Part shown: positions 24,323 through 37,085 of the stretch, one piece after another
Layout: every line of letters begins with the position of its first letter
Numbering within the stretch: position 1 is the stretch's first letter
NCBI RefSeq assembly: GCF_004010195.1
Contig: NC_057711.1
Location: forward strand, 81,076,714-81,140,713
DNA length: 64,000 nt
Source: Chiloscyllium plagiosum
Taxonomy: Eukaryota
Direction of reading: 5' to 3'
Notes under the pieces: model-generated
Told to the model about the DNA's origin: nothing
Database searches by the model: none
The model's input: the letters and a program-made list of their open reading frames with translations, nothing else
Made by a program: the position numbers and the translations under genes

Positions 24323-25203
24323 TAAATTACAAATAGACAAGATATGTTTGTATTGCGACTACAAAATGAATAAATCAAAGCTCCTAACTAGACACATGTT
24401 AACTTTCATATGCTAATACAACTGACTGCACAAAATATTTTTAAAAAAATCTTCACATTCAGTTTAATTTTATTGCATGTCATAATTTATGCAATGTTAT
24501 GAATGTTCTGGATCTTATCTTTGGATTTGAATAGAGATAGGTATGGCACAGTTAGAAAAGTCAGATAACAGAGAAGGTGCTGCTGCTCAGAGGGTCAGCT
24601 GGTGGAGTGGGAAGAGAGCCTGTGATGTGAAATTCAACCTTGCTAAGGATGCAAAACAGACAGTAATTGATTGATCACTATTCTACACTCTGTATAATTT
24701 CGCTTTCCACAGTGGACGGAGAAATTTAGGGATGTGTAAAATTGTGACAAAAACACTCTCACCCATGTTGTGTATCCATCAAATTCATGTTTAACCCCAT
24801 GTCCCTAAAATAAATCAATCATTTCACTAGCTGTTTCTTAAGTGGTCTATTAGATAGCCTTTTACAGAATGCCACTCAGCATCTGGTACAAAGAAGCAAG
24901 AATGTACAACACCTACTCCATTCATTTTAACTTGCAGATATTTTTAATCAAACTGTTCAGGCATATTATAACACATCGCTGGAATGGATTGGATTTCAAA
25001 CAATTATTATGAACCCACAGGGAGGGTCACATCCACTGCACAATAGGAGCACTAACATTTTATTGAGAAACTCTGACTCATATTCCTAAAAGGTGCTTAT
25101 TTACATTATTAGGGTCCTTTGTGCTGGAAACAAGTAGAAAGGCAAATAGTCCCATATGCAGGGTTTGTGATAGAAAGGCCTTGATTGAGATTTGGCATTT
25201 ATT

Positions 25204-26040
25204 GAGGCAATGGTGGAGTGGTATTATTGTTAAGAGAAGGGTGGAATGGAAAGGTGGGAAGGAAGATGGACACATAGGACAGTTCAAGCGGGTGGTGCAA
25301 GTTGGAGGGTTGGATCTGGGACAAGGTGAGTGAGGGGAGATGAGGAAACTGGTGAAATCAACATTGATGCCATGTGGTTGGAGGGTCCCAAGGCAGAAGA
25401 TGAAGCGTTCTTCCTCCAGGTATCGGGTGGGTAGGATTTGCCGGTGGAGGAGGCCTAGGACTTGCATGTCCTTGGCGGAGTGGAAGGGGAAGTTGAAGTT
25501 ACAGGACAGTGGGGTTGTTTGGTGCGTATGTCCCAGAGATGTCCTTTGAAATGTTCCCACACCCTAACCTTCCCATTTATCTCTCAGCCCCCTTCCACCC
25601 CACCCCACCCCGCCACATTCCTCATGAAGGGCTTACGCACGAAACGTTGACTCTCCTGCTCCTCGATGCTGCCTGATCTGCTGTGCTTTTCCAGTGCCAC
25701 ACTTTTTGACTCTGGTATTATTGCTAGATTATTAATCCAGCAGTTCAGGTAATATCTTGGGTGCCTGGGTTCAATTGCTGCCATGGCAGATGGTGGAACG
25801 TGAATTCAATAAAAATCTAGAATTAATGTAAAATGATGACCATGAATCTATTGTCAATTGTTGTGAAAAGAACTTTTCAGCTTCACTAATATCATTCAGG
25901 GATGGAATCAGCTGTTCTTATCTGGTCTGATGTACTTGTGACCCCAGACCCACAGCAATGTGGTTGAAACTTTTACTGCCCCATGGGGTAACTAAGGATG
26001 ATTGATCCAGTCAGTGATGCCCACATCCCATGAATGAATT
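25204..26040 (+). mobile_element. tRNA-derived SINE (second family, LINE-like tail) interrupted near its 5' end
   Basis: Head gaggcaatgg..gtggtattattg|ctaga, B-box ggttcaattgc, tail gcccacatcccatgaatgaat; homologous to 58574-58910. Confidence 0.75.
25230..25712. mobile_element. Penelope-like insertion (inverted GIY-YIG C-terminus plus pseudo-LTR with hammerhead core)
   Basis: Perfect TSD TGGTATTATTG (25219-25229, 25713-25723). ORF 25078-25560 contains HSAKDMQVLGL..LEEERFIFCLGTLQPHGINVDF. Core ctcatgaagggcttacgcacgaaacgttgac at 25621. Confidence 0.85.
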
Positions 26041-28002
26041 TAAAAAAAGAAGTGGAGATGTTTCTCTTTCCCCGGTTTTGAACTGATACCTGTCAATCTT
26101 TCAAGCAAGGAAAAAATAGTCATCAATGAAAAGTTTCCCTTTGTTTATTTCCCGATAATTTCATCACAAGCCCTTAGAAAAAAAATCCTTCAATGGTTGT
26201 TATTCTATTGGAAATTATGAAAAAAATTAATCTTAATTTCCACTACGGGACGACAGTGGCAATGTGGAAAATTGGGAGATTGTGTAATCTCAGCATTTTC
26301 CTGAATTTTTATAATGGTGCTCGTTGTTCTTTGCATTGATAATTGTATACTTTATTGGAGCAATAATGCTCATGTTCAAATTAATGTCAGCATTTGTGTT
26401 TGATCTCCACCAACAAACAAGAAATGTGTTCCAGTTGCAACAATATTTGTAACCTAACATCTAAAAATAGAAAATTGATATATAGCAATAGTTCAAATCC
26501 TCAGTAACATTGGCTGCTCCACCGGCTGCTCCCAGTATAACTATCAGGACATCCAACACAGTACATCCAAATGCAGTTATATTCTCTACCGGTAGTTTAA
26601 ATTACCAGAAAATTAGAAGAACTGCAAACCTCTTCAGAACTCATACCAGAAAAATTCAAGATGGTTGTTCAAACCAATTGCATCATGTTTTTCAATGATG
26701 ATTATATTCCTTCTGTTCTATTTACTTTTCTTCACTACTCATTCCTGATTCGTTGCTTTCACTTATACTTAATGTTTTCTTGTTGGAAGGTTTGCAGCTG
26801 CTTTGGTTGTTCTGTTATGTAAGTTCCCTACTCATCGGGTTCTGATTTAATGCTGATTATAAAGATGAGATTTGAGGCAATCAAAAGATGTGATGGCAAA
26901 GCATCCATGATGGGTAGGAAATGCATGTTATCTTTTTTTTTTTATCATTTTTATCATTAGTAGGGGAATAGATAAAAAGTTTGTTAACTTTCCCTATTTA
27001 TAAATATAACAGTTAGAGAAATTTTTGCTCCAGTGATTGTATATGATGCTGTCAAATTATACCAAACAGCATTAAAAATGGGAGTTGATTGTGGTTGGAA
27101 AATAGAGGTTAAGTGTGTCACATTTGAATTGTTATTCTTATGATTCATGAATCACTGAATGGTGCCTATGCAAAATTTTTCCAGGGTCCCCACTCTAACT
27201 CACTCAATTACAGGTGTTGACTCACCCATGTTAAAACTATTGTCATCTGGCATTTGTGAATAAACGTCACATCTTACTATTAGGATGTAGAGGCAAAGTC
27301 CCGGGATCTGTAATCCGAAGAGACCAGGTTACTCCTGCAGGAATATGAGTTCATACCCCATCCCAATAATGAGTGGAATTGAAGTTCAATGAATGAATGA
27401 AACTGGAATTGAAAACTGGTCCAGTAATGGTGACCATAAAATTATCAACTATTATTATTGGGCTCCTTTGGTGCAATGGCAGTGTTCCTATCTTCTGAGA
27501 CAGGTAACTCAGGTTTAAGTTTCCCTTCCTCCAAAAGTAATAATAACATCTCTGAAAGTATCAGCTTTTATTATTCCTAGTCAATGATAAGTTGATGCCA
27601 AATAATGTAAACACATAATATTAAGTGAATGTAATAATTATCATCATAATATGAATTTCTGGACATGTAGCTTTTTAATAATGATTCATGAGATGTGGAT
27701 TGCTACTGCGCACCAGTGATGGAAGGTATGAATCTTTGAGTATGTGTCATAGAGTCATGGTGTCATAGAGATGTACAGCACGGAAACAGACCCTTTAGTC
27801 CAACTCATCCATACCGACCAGATATCCTAAATTAATTTAGTCCCATTTGCCAGCACTTGGCCCATATCCCTCTATACTCTTCCTATTAACATACCCATCC
27901 AGATGCTTTTTAAATGTTGTGGAGGAGCCAGTGTTGGACTGGGGTGGACAAAGTTGGCAATCACACAACACCAGGTTTTAATCCAACAGGTTTATTTGGA
28001 AA

Positions 28003-28037
28003 TACTAGCTTTCGGGGCGCTGCTCCTTCATCAGGTA
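28003..28037 (-). ncRNA. Minimal type-I hammerhead ribozyme motif
   Basis: Reverse complement: tac-CTGATGA-a-ggagc-agc-gcccc-GAAA-gc-TA-gta. Confidence 0.65.
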
Positions 28038-28274
28038 GCTGTGGAGGAGGAACATAAGACACAGAATTTATACCAAAATATGTAAATCCTAGAACTTTTT
28101 TCCAGTCACATTCTTGACATACCTTATTATTAATGATTAATGAACCGAAACCTGCAACCTATTCTAAAAGATGAAAAACTTAATAGCAATCTAGGTTTGT
28201 TCAATATATCATTTGTTGCTTGACACTGAGATATTTTCCTATAAATTCTGTGTCTTATGATCCTGCTCCACAGC

Positions 28275-28309
28275 TACCTGATGAAGGAGCAGCGTCCCGA
28301 AAGCTAGTA
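28275..28309 (+). ncRNA. Minimal type-I hammerhead ribozyme motif
   Basis: tac-CTGATGA-a-ggagc-agc-gtccc-GAAA-gc-TA-gta; stem I tac/gta; self-complementary AGCT in place of stem III. Confidence 0.65.
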
Positions 28310-28590
28310 CTTCCAAATAAACCTGTTGGACTATAACCTAGTGTTGTGTAATTTTTAAATTTTAAATATTGTAATTGTGCGAGCCTCCACAACTTCCTCT
28401 GGCAGTTCACTCCATGCATGCATCACCCTCTGCGTGAAAAAGTTGCCCCTTAGTCCTGTGCTAATCAAGCAGGCTGCTTTGTCCTGGGTGGAGTTAAGCT
28501 TCTTGAGAGTTGTTGGAGCTGCTTATTCAGGAAAATGGAAAATATTGCATGACAATCCTGACTTATGACTTGTAGATCCTGGACAAAACA

Positions 28591-29460
28591 TAGAACATAG
28601 AACATAGAACATAGAAGAATACAGCGCAGTACAGGCCCTTTGGCCCTCGATGTTGCGCCGATCCAAGCCCACCTAACCTATACTAACCCACTATCCTCCA
28701 TATACCTATCCAATGCCCGCTTAAATGCCCATAAAGAGGGAGAGTCCACCACTGCTGCTGGCAGGGCATTCCATGAACTTACGACTCGCTGAGTGAAGAA
28801 CCTACCCCTAACTTCAATCCTATATCTACCCCCCTTAATTTAAAGCTATGCCCCCTTGTAATACCCGACTCCATACGCGGGAGAAGGTTCACACTGTCAG
28901 CCCTATCTAACCCCCTAATCATCTTGTACACCTCAATCAAGTCACCCTTAAACCTTCTTTTCTCTAATGAAAACAGCCCCAAGTGTGTCAGTCTATCCTC
29001 ATACGATCTTTCTTCCATACCAGGCAACATCCTGGTAAACCTCCTCTGCACCCGTTCCAGTGCCTCCACATCCTTCCTATAGTATGGCGACCAAAACTGC
29101 ACACAATATTCCAGATGCGGCCGCACCAGAGTTTTATACAACTGCATCATGACCTCAGGGCTCCGGAACTCAATTCCTCTACCAATAAAAGCCAGTACGC
29201 CATATGCCTTCCTCACCGCACTATTTACCTGGGTGGCAACTTTCAGGGATCTGTGTACATGGACACCAAGATCCCTCTGCTCATCCACACTACCAAGTAT
29301 CCGACCATTAGCCCAGTACCCCATCTTTTTGTTATTCTTCCCAAAGTGAATCACCTCACACTTAGCTACATTGAATTCCATTTGCCACCTTTCTGCCCAG
29401 CTCTGCAGCTTCTCTATATCCTGCTGTAACCTGCCACATCCTTCCTCACTGTCAACAACT
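28591..29460 (-). mobile_element. Young 5'-truncated CR1 LINE
   Basis: Open 200-aa ORF 28779-29381 (MEFNVAKCEV..LYKTLVRPHLEYCVQFWSP), CpGs retained, (CATAGAA)n tail, TSD CAAAACA (28584-28590, 29461-29467). Confidence 0.95.
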
Positions 29461-30139
29461 CAAAACAGTGTTAGGGAGTCAAATGATGGGTTATTCACTG
29501 CAGAGTTCCTAAAATGTTGCATCTACATAAATAGATCTTAATTTGTAGCCAACAAGAATCTAAATACTCATGTAAAACACTTATCATGCAGTAACTGTTT
29601 ACAGAAGACTCATTGGAAAGCTATATCTTCATAAGAAATTGATGCAACAGTTGGAGAACTATGCTTTGTTGTTCCGTTGAAAGGACATCCACCAAGTGAA
29701 ATAACTTCATTGCAAGGACAATGTTTCACATTAATAAATCAAATTGTCAGCATTGAATATCCCAGAGAAACATTTAAATAAGGAATGTTTTTACATTTGA
29801 AACATTGCAATAACACTATAAAAGTTTTTGAAATAAAAGGTAGCTTTTAACTTGATAAAAAAAAATTCTCCCAGATTTATGAGCCCATAGAACTTGATTC
29901 CAGTTGCTATCTTTGAATTTTATTGAAGTAAACCTCATCACCATGGTGACAGCTTAGACTGTTCTAAGTGGCTATCATAGTTCTAAAGCCTTCTTTTCTA
30001 AAGAATTTTGTTTCATCTCCAAGAAGGTGTCCAATGTTTCAAACCTGCAGAAAGCATCAGCTCCTAGGAAGGAAGCTGTCTATTTGTTTAGACAGTGCAA
30101 TTGTAGCAGAAGCATCGGTAACCAGGCTGAGCAGCAGCA

Positions 30140-30410
30140 CAATGCCATTAGAAAGGGAAATCCAGGATTTTGACCCAGTGACAGTGAAGGAATGGTGATA
30201 TATTTCCGAGTCAGGGTGGTGAATGGTGAAGCTTGCAGGTGATGGTATTCCCATGTATCTGCTGTCACTGGGTCAAAATCCTGGAGTTCCTTTTCTAATG
30301 TCAACCCACAGCAGGTGGACTGCAGCAGTTCAACAAGGCAGCTTACCACCACATTGTCAAGGATAGCTATGGATGGGCAATAAATGTTGCCCAGTCATGA
30401 GTGAATAAAT
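30140..30410. mobile_element. Inverted (fold-back) 3' end of an L2/CR1-like LINE
   Basis: ccaggattttgacccagtgacag is inverted vs ctgtcactgggtcaaaatcctgg; ends gggcaataaatg...gaataaataa. Confidence 0.7.
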
Positions 30411-30889
30411 AAAATTAAATGTAGCTGATAATGCCAATATTGCAAATCTAAGAGCCCTTTCACTTTGGCCTTTGCTATCTATTGGGAACGTAATATCCTG
30501 GTTGGCACTGGTTAATGTAGCTATAAACTGCAGACTGGACAATGTCATCTGTAATTGCCAGGCAGAAGTTTAAATCCAAAAGGTTCAGGGCAGTGATGGC
30601 TTTCGCATTGATTTACCAAGGCATTGTTCCTTGATGTAGCTGCATAGAATTGGAGTAGCCTGCACTATGATTACTGTCTCCTACTGCGCTGTTACTTTGC
30701 GATGACCAAGAAAATGACTCTTGGCCCTATGGGCTGAATAAGACCATCTACAAGTAGCAATCTTTACCACCTTGACTAAAATCTACTGCTCAGCCTGGTT
30801 ACTGATGCTTCTGCTACAATTGCACTGTCTAATCAAGTGGATAGCTTCAAACCTGTAGAAACCATCACCTCATAGGATGGAAGCTGTGG

Positions 30890-33110
30890 TGTATTTCAAA
30901 AGGGCTGCAGTGTCCTGGATGGTGTCAAATTTCTTAAGTGTTCTAAGAGCTATACCTATCCAGGCAAATGGGGAGTATTTCATTGCACATCTGACTTGAG
31001 CCTTGTAGATATTGGTGAGTTGCTCACAGTGGTATTCCTTGCCATTGTATAGCCATTGTGTTTATGTGATGGGTCTGGTCAATGGTAAAATCCAGGATGT
31101 TGTCAGTGATGGTGATTATTGAAAGGAATGGTGGTTTGATCATTTCTTTTTGGAGATGGCTATTGCCTGGAATTTGTGTGGCGTGAATGTTACTTGCCAA
31201 TTGTCAACCCAAGCCTGGATATTGTCCAGATCTTGTTCCTTTTGAACACATAGTGCTTCAATACCTGATGAGTCATGAATCCTGTTGAACATTATGCAAT
31301 TGTTGATGAACATCCTTATTTCTAACCTTCTGATGAAGGGAAGGTCATTGAAGAAGGACCTGAAGATGGTTGTTCCAAGGATACTGCCCTCAGGAACTCC
31401 TGCAGTGATGTCCTAGAGCTGACAGGACTGACCTCCAACAACCATGACAATCTTCCTATATGCCAGGTATGACTCCAACAATTGGAGAATTCCCAATGGT
31501 TCCTGTTTTGCTAAGGCTCCTCGATGCCACACTCAGTCAACTGCAGCCTTGCTGTTACTCTCACCTCACATCTGGAATTCAGCTCTTTTTTCCAAGTTTG
31601 AACCAAGACTGTAATGAGGTCAGGACTTCAGAGGCCTGGGAGAAACCAATTTGAGCATCATTGAGCAGGTGCTTTTCGTGTTCAGGACATACCTGGGCAA
31701 ATTTCCACATTATCAGATAGATTCCAGTGTTGTAACTGTACTGGATGAGCTGGGCTAGGGTTGCAGCAAGTTCTGAGGCACAACTCTTCAGTCTTATTGC
31801 CAGAATGTTGTCAGGGTCCGTAGCCTTTGCAGTAACAAGTGCCTCAAACTGCTTCTTGATGTCACATGGAATGAATTGAATTAGCTGAAATCTGGTATCT
31901 GTAATGCTGGAGACCATTGGAAGAGATTGTAATGGATCATCCAGTCAGCACTTCTTGGCTAAAGATCATGGTAAATGCTTCAGCCTTATCTTTTGCACTG
32001 ATGTGTTGGGCTCTTCCATCACTCATGATGGGTATATTTGTGGAGCAGCCTCCACAGTGAGTTATTTAATTGTTCACCACCATTAATAACTGGATGTTGC
32101 AGCCCTACAGAGCTTAGTTTTGATCCATTGGTTTCGTGGTTGCTTAGCTCTGTTTGGCATGCAAGTAGTCCTGTTTGGTAGTTTCACCAGGTGGATGCCT
32201 TATTTTTAGCCATTCTTGGTGCTGCTCTTGTCATGAGCTCCTGCATTCTCTGTTGAAACAGGATTGATCCCCTTGCTTGATGGTAATGGTTGAGTCGGGG
32301 ATATGCCGGGCCATGAGGTGACTGATTGTGCTGGAGAACAATTCTGTTGCTGTTGATGGCCCACAACTCCTTATGGATGTCCATTCTTGAGTTGCTAGAT
32401 CTGTCTGAAGTCTGTCCCATTTAACACGGTGATAGGGCCACCCAACACGATGGAGGGGTATTTTCAATGTGAAGTGGGACTTCATCTCCACAAGGACTAT
32501 GCTGTTGTCACTCTTGCTGATACCATAATGGACAGATTACCGTCTATAGCTGGCAAATTGATGAGGATGAGGTCAAGTTTGTTTTTCCCTCCTCAGCTGC
32601 TGCAGACACTGTCTAGCAGCTATGTCCTTTACGACCTGATCAGCTCCATCAGGATTGCTACTGCTGAGCCACTCTAGGTGATGGACATTGAAATTCCCCA
32701 CCCAGAGTACATTTTGCACTCTTGCCACCCTCAGTGCTTCCTTCAAGTTTTGTTCAAAATGGAAGGGTAGTGATTCATCAGCTGAGGGAGGATGGTTCGT
32801 GGTAATCAGCAGGAGATTTTCTTACCCATGTATAACCTGAAGCCATGAGACTTCATGGGGTCTGGAGTCAATGCTGAGGACTCCCAGGACAACTCCCTCC
32901 TAACTGTATACCACTGTGCAACCACCTGTGTTGGGTCTGTCTTGTTAATGGAACAGGTCATATCCAGGGATGGTGATGGTGGTGTCTGGGCCATTGTCTG
33001 TAAGGTATGATTCCATGAAAATAACTATGCCCAGCGTTTGCTTGACCAGTCTGTGAATCAGCTCTCCCAAGTTTGGCACTAGTCCCCACATATTAGTAAA
33101 GGGGACTTTT
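30890..33110 (-). mobile_element. L2/CR1-clade LINE ORF2 remnant (APE endonuclease to RT)
   Basis: LWVGNFNVHHLEWL (~32670-32710); KATDPDNILAIRLKSCASELA..WKFAQVCP (ORF 31579); FSDVLGSIL (GVPQGSILG-like) at ~31380. Confidence 0.85.
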
Positions 33111-33214
33111 CAGCGTCCATAGGGCTGTTTCTGCTGTTGTCTTTTCCCGTGCCTAAGTTGACATCAGCTAGTTTATTTGGTTTCATTCCTTTGTTGAGAC
33201 GTTTTGCCAACAAT

Positions 33215-33380
33215 CAAAAATGGTTTCACGGTCATCAGTAGATTTTCTAATTCCAGACATTTTTTTATTGAATTTAAATTCCACCATCTGCCATGGTAGG
33301 ATTCAAACTAGGGCACTCAGAACATTAATTGAGTTTCTGGATTAATAGTTTCGCAATAATATCACTTCCATGATCTTCCC
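33215..33380 (-). mobile_element. 5' part of the second SINE family
   Basis: aattccaccatctgccatggtaggattcaaac, homologous to 58800-58850. Confidence 0.65.
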
Positions 33381-33642
33381 TATATAGGTATCAGGATGCC
33401 AGAGACAAACAGGGCTGTCATTCTTTTGATGTAAAGTAGGTATATAATGACCATACAAACCTGTGCTGGTTTCTCTAAAGTCGCCATGACTTTGGAATGA
33501 TTCTTTATCTTAAGAACCCATAAACCAAGGAGTACTTTTCCTGAGTATCAGAGAGAAGTGACTCAGGAAGCTGCTTATTTTCTCAAGTTGATGTTTCTCT
33601 GGGAACTGATGGAGAGAAACAAAGAAAGAAAGGATTACAACT

Positions 33643-35155
33643 TAGAGTCATAGTCATAGTGATGTACAGCATGGAAACTGACCCTTCAGTCCAACCTGTC
33701 CATGCCGACCGGATATCCCAACCCAATCTAGTCCCACCTGCCAGCACCCGGCCCATATCCCTTCAAACCCTTCCTATTCATATACCCATTCAAATGCCTC
33801 TTAAATGTTGCAATTGTACCAGCCTCCACCACTTCCTCTGGCAGCTCATTCCATACATGTACCACCCTCTGCGTGAAACTGTTGCCCCTTAGGTCTCTTT
33901 TATATCTTTCCCCTCTCAGCCTAAACCTATGCCCTCTAGTTTTGGACTCCCCAACCCNNNNNNNNNNNNNNNNNNNNNNNNNNNNNNNNNNNNNNNNNNN
34001 NNNNNNNNNNNNNNNNNNNNNNNNNNNNNNNNNNNNNNNNNNNNNNNNNNNNNNNNNNNNNNNNNNNNNNNNNNNNNNNNNNNNNNNNNNNNNNNNNNNN
34101 NNNNNNNNNNNNNNNNNNNNNNNNNNNNNNNNNNNNNNNNNNNNNNNNNNNNNNNNNNNNNNNNNNNNNNNNNNNNNNNNNNNNNNNNNNNNNNNNNNNN
34201 NNNNNNNNNNNNNNNNNNNNNNNNNNNNNNNNNNNNNNNNNNNNNNNNNNNNNNNNNNNNNNNNNNNNNNNNNNNNNNNNNNNNNNNNNNNNNNNNNNNN
34301 NNNNNNNNNNNNNNNNNNNNNNNNNNNNNNNNNNNNNNNNNNNNNNNNNNNNNNNNNNNNNNNNNNNNNNNNNNNNNNNNNNNNNNNNNNNNNNNNNNNN
34401 NNNNNNNNNNNNNNNNNNNNNNNNNNNNNNNNNNNNNNNNNNNNNNNNNNNNNNNNNNNNCAACCCTCCACCACCACCCTCTGTCTTCTACCTTTGAGCC
34501 AGTTCTGTATCCAAATGGCTAGTTCTCCCTGTATTCCATGAGATCTAACCTTGCTAACCAGTCTCCCATGGGGAACCTTGTCGAATGCCTTACTGAAGTC
34601 CATATAGATCACATCGACTGCTCTGCCCTCATCAATCCTCTTTGTTACTTCTTCAAAAAATTCAATCATGCTTGTGAGACATGGTTTCCCACGCACAAAG
34701 CCATGTTGACTATCCCTAATCCGCCCTTGCCTTTCCAAATACATGTACATCCTGTCCCTCAGGATTCCCTCCAACAACTTGCCCACCACCGATGTCAGAC
34801 TCACCGGTCTATAATTCCCTGGCTTGTCTTTACCACCCTTCTTAAACAATGGCACCATGTTTGCCAACCTGCAGTCTTCCGGCACCTCACCTGTGACTAT
34901 CGATGATACAAATATCTCAGCAAAAGGCCCAGCAATCACTTCTCTAGCTTGCCACAGAGTTCTCAGGTACACCTTATCAGGTCCTGGGGATTTATCCACC
35001 TTTACCCGTTTCAAGACATCCAGCACTTCCTCCTCTGTAATCTGGACATTTTGCAAGATGTCACCATCTATTTCCCTACAGTCTATATCCTCCATATCCT
35101 TTTCCACAGTAAATACTGATGCAAAATATTCATTTAGTATCTCCCCCATTTTCTG
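33643..35155 (-). mobile_element. Young CR1/HER1-type LINE spanning an assembly gap
   Basis: ORF 33728-35149: KSPGPD, NYRPVSLTSVVGKLLE, QHGF, DFSKAFDKVPH, and the C-terminal FTQRVVHVWNELP; tagagtcatagtcat tail. Confidence 0.95.
33958..34460. other. Assembly gap (N run)
   Basis: About 500 N. Confidence 1.
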
Positions 35156-35214
35156 TGGCGTTGGAAGTCAAGCATCGATAGTCCATGTTTGTCTTACAAT
35201 ATAGTCTGAACAAA

Positions 35215-35830
35215 AGATCTGAATTCAACGAGTGAGATGAAAGTTGTCACCTTTGATATCAAGGCAGCATTTAACTAAATGTGGCATCAAAGAATCATCG
35301 CAAAATTGGAGCCAGTGGGAATCAGGTAAAAACCCTTTATTGGTCTGGCAGTACCGAGTTGTTGTTGTTGTTGTAGCAGTAGCAGTATTAGCTCAGGCAG
35401 TCTTGCTGTAGGAGTCCCTCAGGTTAAAGTCCCTAGACCAACCATCTTCAGTTGCAATGGCCTGCACTTCATTACAAGGTCAGAAGTGGGTATGTTCGCT
35501 AATGATTCCACAATGTTCAGCACCATTCATGACTCCTCAGATACTAAAGCAGTTTGTGTCCATATGCAGCAAGACCTGGAGAACATTTGTGCTTGGGCTG
35601 ATATGTAACTAGTGCCAGGCAATGACCATATTCAACAAGGGAGAAGCTGACCAAATCCTCTTTATACTTAATAGTATTATCATCGCTTTATCCTATCATG
35701 ACGGTTACCAGTGACCAAAAAATTAATTAGACCAGCCATTCAAACATTAACACTATAAGAGGAGGTGACAGATTGGGAATTCTGCTGTGAGTAATGCACC
35801 ACTTTGGAACTTTCCAAAACCTATCACAAA
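35215..35830 (+). mobile_element. L2/CR1-clade LINE RT fragment
   Basis: FDIKAAFN, GVPQV and MFAND (MFADD-like) motifs; same family as 30890-33110. Confidence 0.75.
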
Positions 35831-35959
35831 ATCAAAGAAGTGTTATGGTGGTGAAGAAGGCCAAATCTGTACTGGCTCTCCAAATGAACGCCGTGACTTA
35901 GTGGCAATTTTCCCAGTTACCGTACACATTGGACAATTGTTTAAATAGGAACAATGTAG

Positions 35960-37085
35960 TCATGAATGGCTCATTTGAACCTGCATCCATCACACTTCCA
36001 GTAAATGCATTCCAGACTCACTCGTTATGTGAAAATATTTTCTATCACCTCACATTTGCCTCCTTTGCAAAACACTTTGAATCTTTGCCCTTTTGATCAT
36101 GCACATTTTATGAGCAGGAAACATTTCTTCATGTCTACCCTATCCAGTATCTGATCTCCTCTGAGCCAACTTTTCCAACCTGTTCTCATGCGTGAAATTT
36201 CTCATTTCCGGAAGAATTCTTGTAAACTTCTTGTGTACTCTCCCCAATACACTCATATCTTTTCTGCTGAGTGGTATCCAGAGCTGTATGCAGTACCTTA
36301 GCTGAGACACAACAAGTGTCTTATTCAAGTTCAACATCACCTCCTTGCTCTCATATTCTGTAACTCTATTAATAAAGCCTAGGATACTGAATGCTTTATT
36401 AATTGCTATATGTTCACCTGTCATGCCACCTTACATGATCTGTGCACATATGTACCAAAGTCCCTCTACTCCTGTACTCACTTTAGATGTGTACCCCTTA
36501 TGTTATATTGTCTGTCCATGCTCATCCTGTCAGAATGCATCATCTTGCACTTCTCCCCATTTGAACTTCATCTGCCGCTTATCCACCTACTCCACCAACT
36601 TGTCTATGCCTTTCTGAAGTTCTGCATAGGGTCTTTTCACATTTTACAATGCTTCCAAGTTTTATATCTTCCTCAAACTTTGAAATTGCTCCTGCACATC
36701 AAGATCTAGCAAGGGAAATACTGATCCTGGGAATTCCATTACAAACCTTTCCCCAGCCCCCCAAAAAATCCACTGATCATTAATCTCTTCCTATCACTCA
36801 GCCAATTTTGTATACAATTTGCTATTACCTTTTTATTCCATGAGCTCCAATTTGCTCACAAGTCTGTTGTGTGGTTCTGTATAAAATGCCTTCTGGAAGT
36901 CTACATACATCACATCCACAGCATTGCTTTCATCAATCCAATCTGATATCTCTTCAAACAACTCCAGGACATTAACTAAGCATGATTTTCATTTAGAAAT
37001 CCGTGCTTTCTCTTTCAAATCAATCCTCCTTCATTCCATGTGATAACTATCTCCATCCTGAGTAATTGATTCAAAATGGTTCCCT
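35960..37085 (-). mobile_element. Older CR1 LINE fragment
   Basis: ORF 36140-36424 LNLNKTLVVSQLRYCIQLWIP; DFQKAF motif at ~36885-36905. Confidence 0.85.

Larger units (their letters stand above)
27921..28359. mobile_element. Penelope-derived fold-back with two hammerhead cores
   Basis: Arms ~27960-28072 and ~28240-28352 are inverted; TSD ttttaaat(g/a)ttgt (27908-27920, 28360-28372). Confidence 0.85.
27750..28452 (-). mobile_element. CR1/HER1-type LINE 3' end, interrupted
   Basis: tagagtcat...tagagatgtacagcacggaaacagacc tail, same as 33645 and 42888. Confidence 0.85.

Noticed and set aside
28779..29429. 200-aa and 148-aa ORFs as host genes
   Set aside because: They are the CR1 ORF2 C-terminus and its antisense shadow.
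33873..34541. Long ORFs of 175-222 aa in the ORF track
   Set aside because: They are artefacts of translating through the N gap; only the minus-strand CR1 frame is meaningful.
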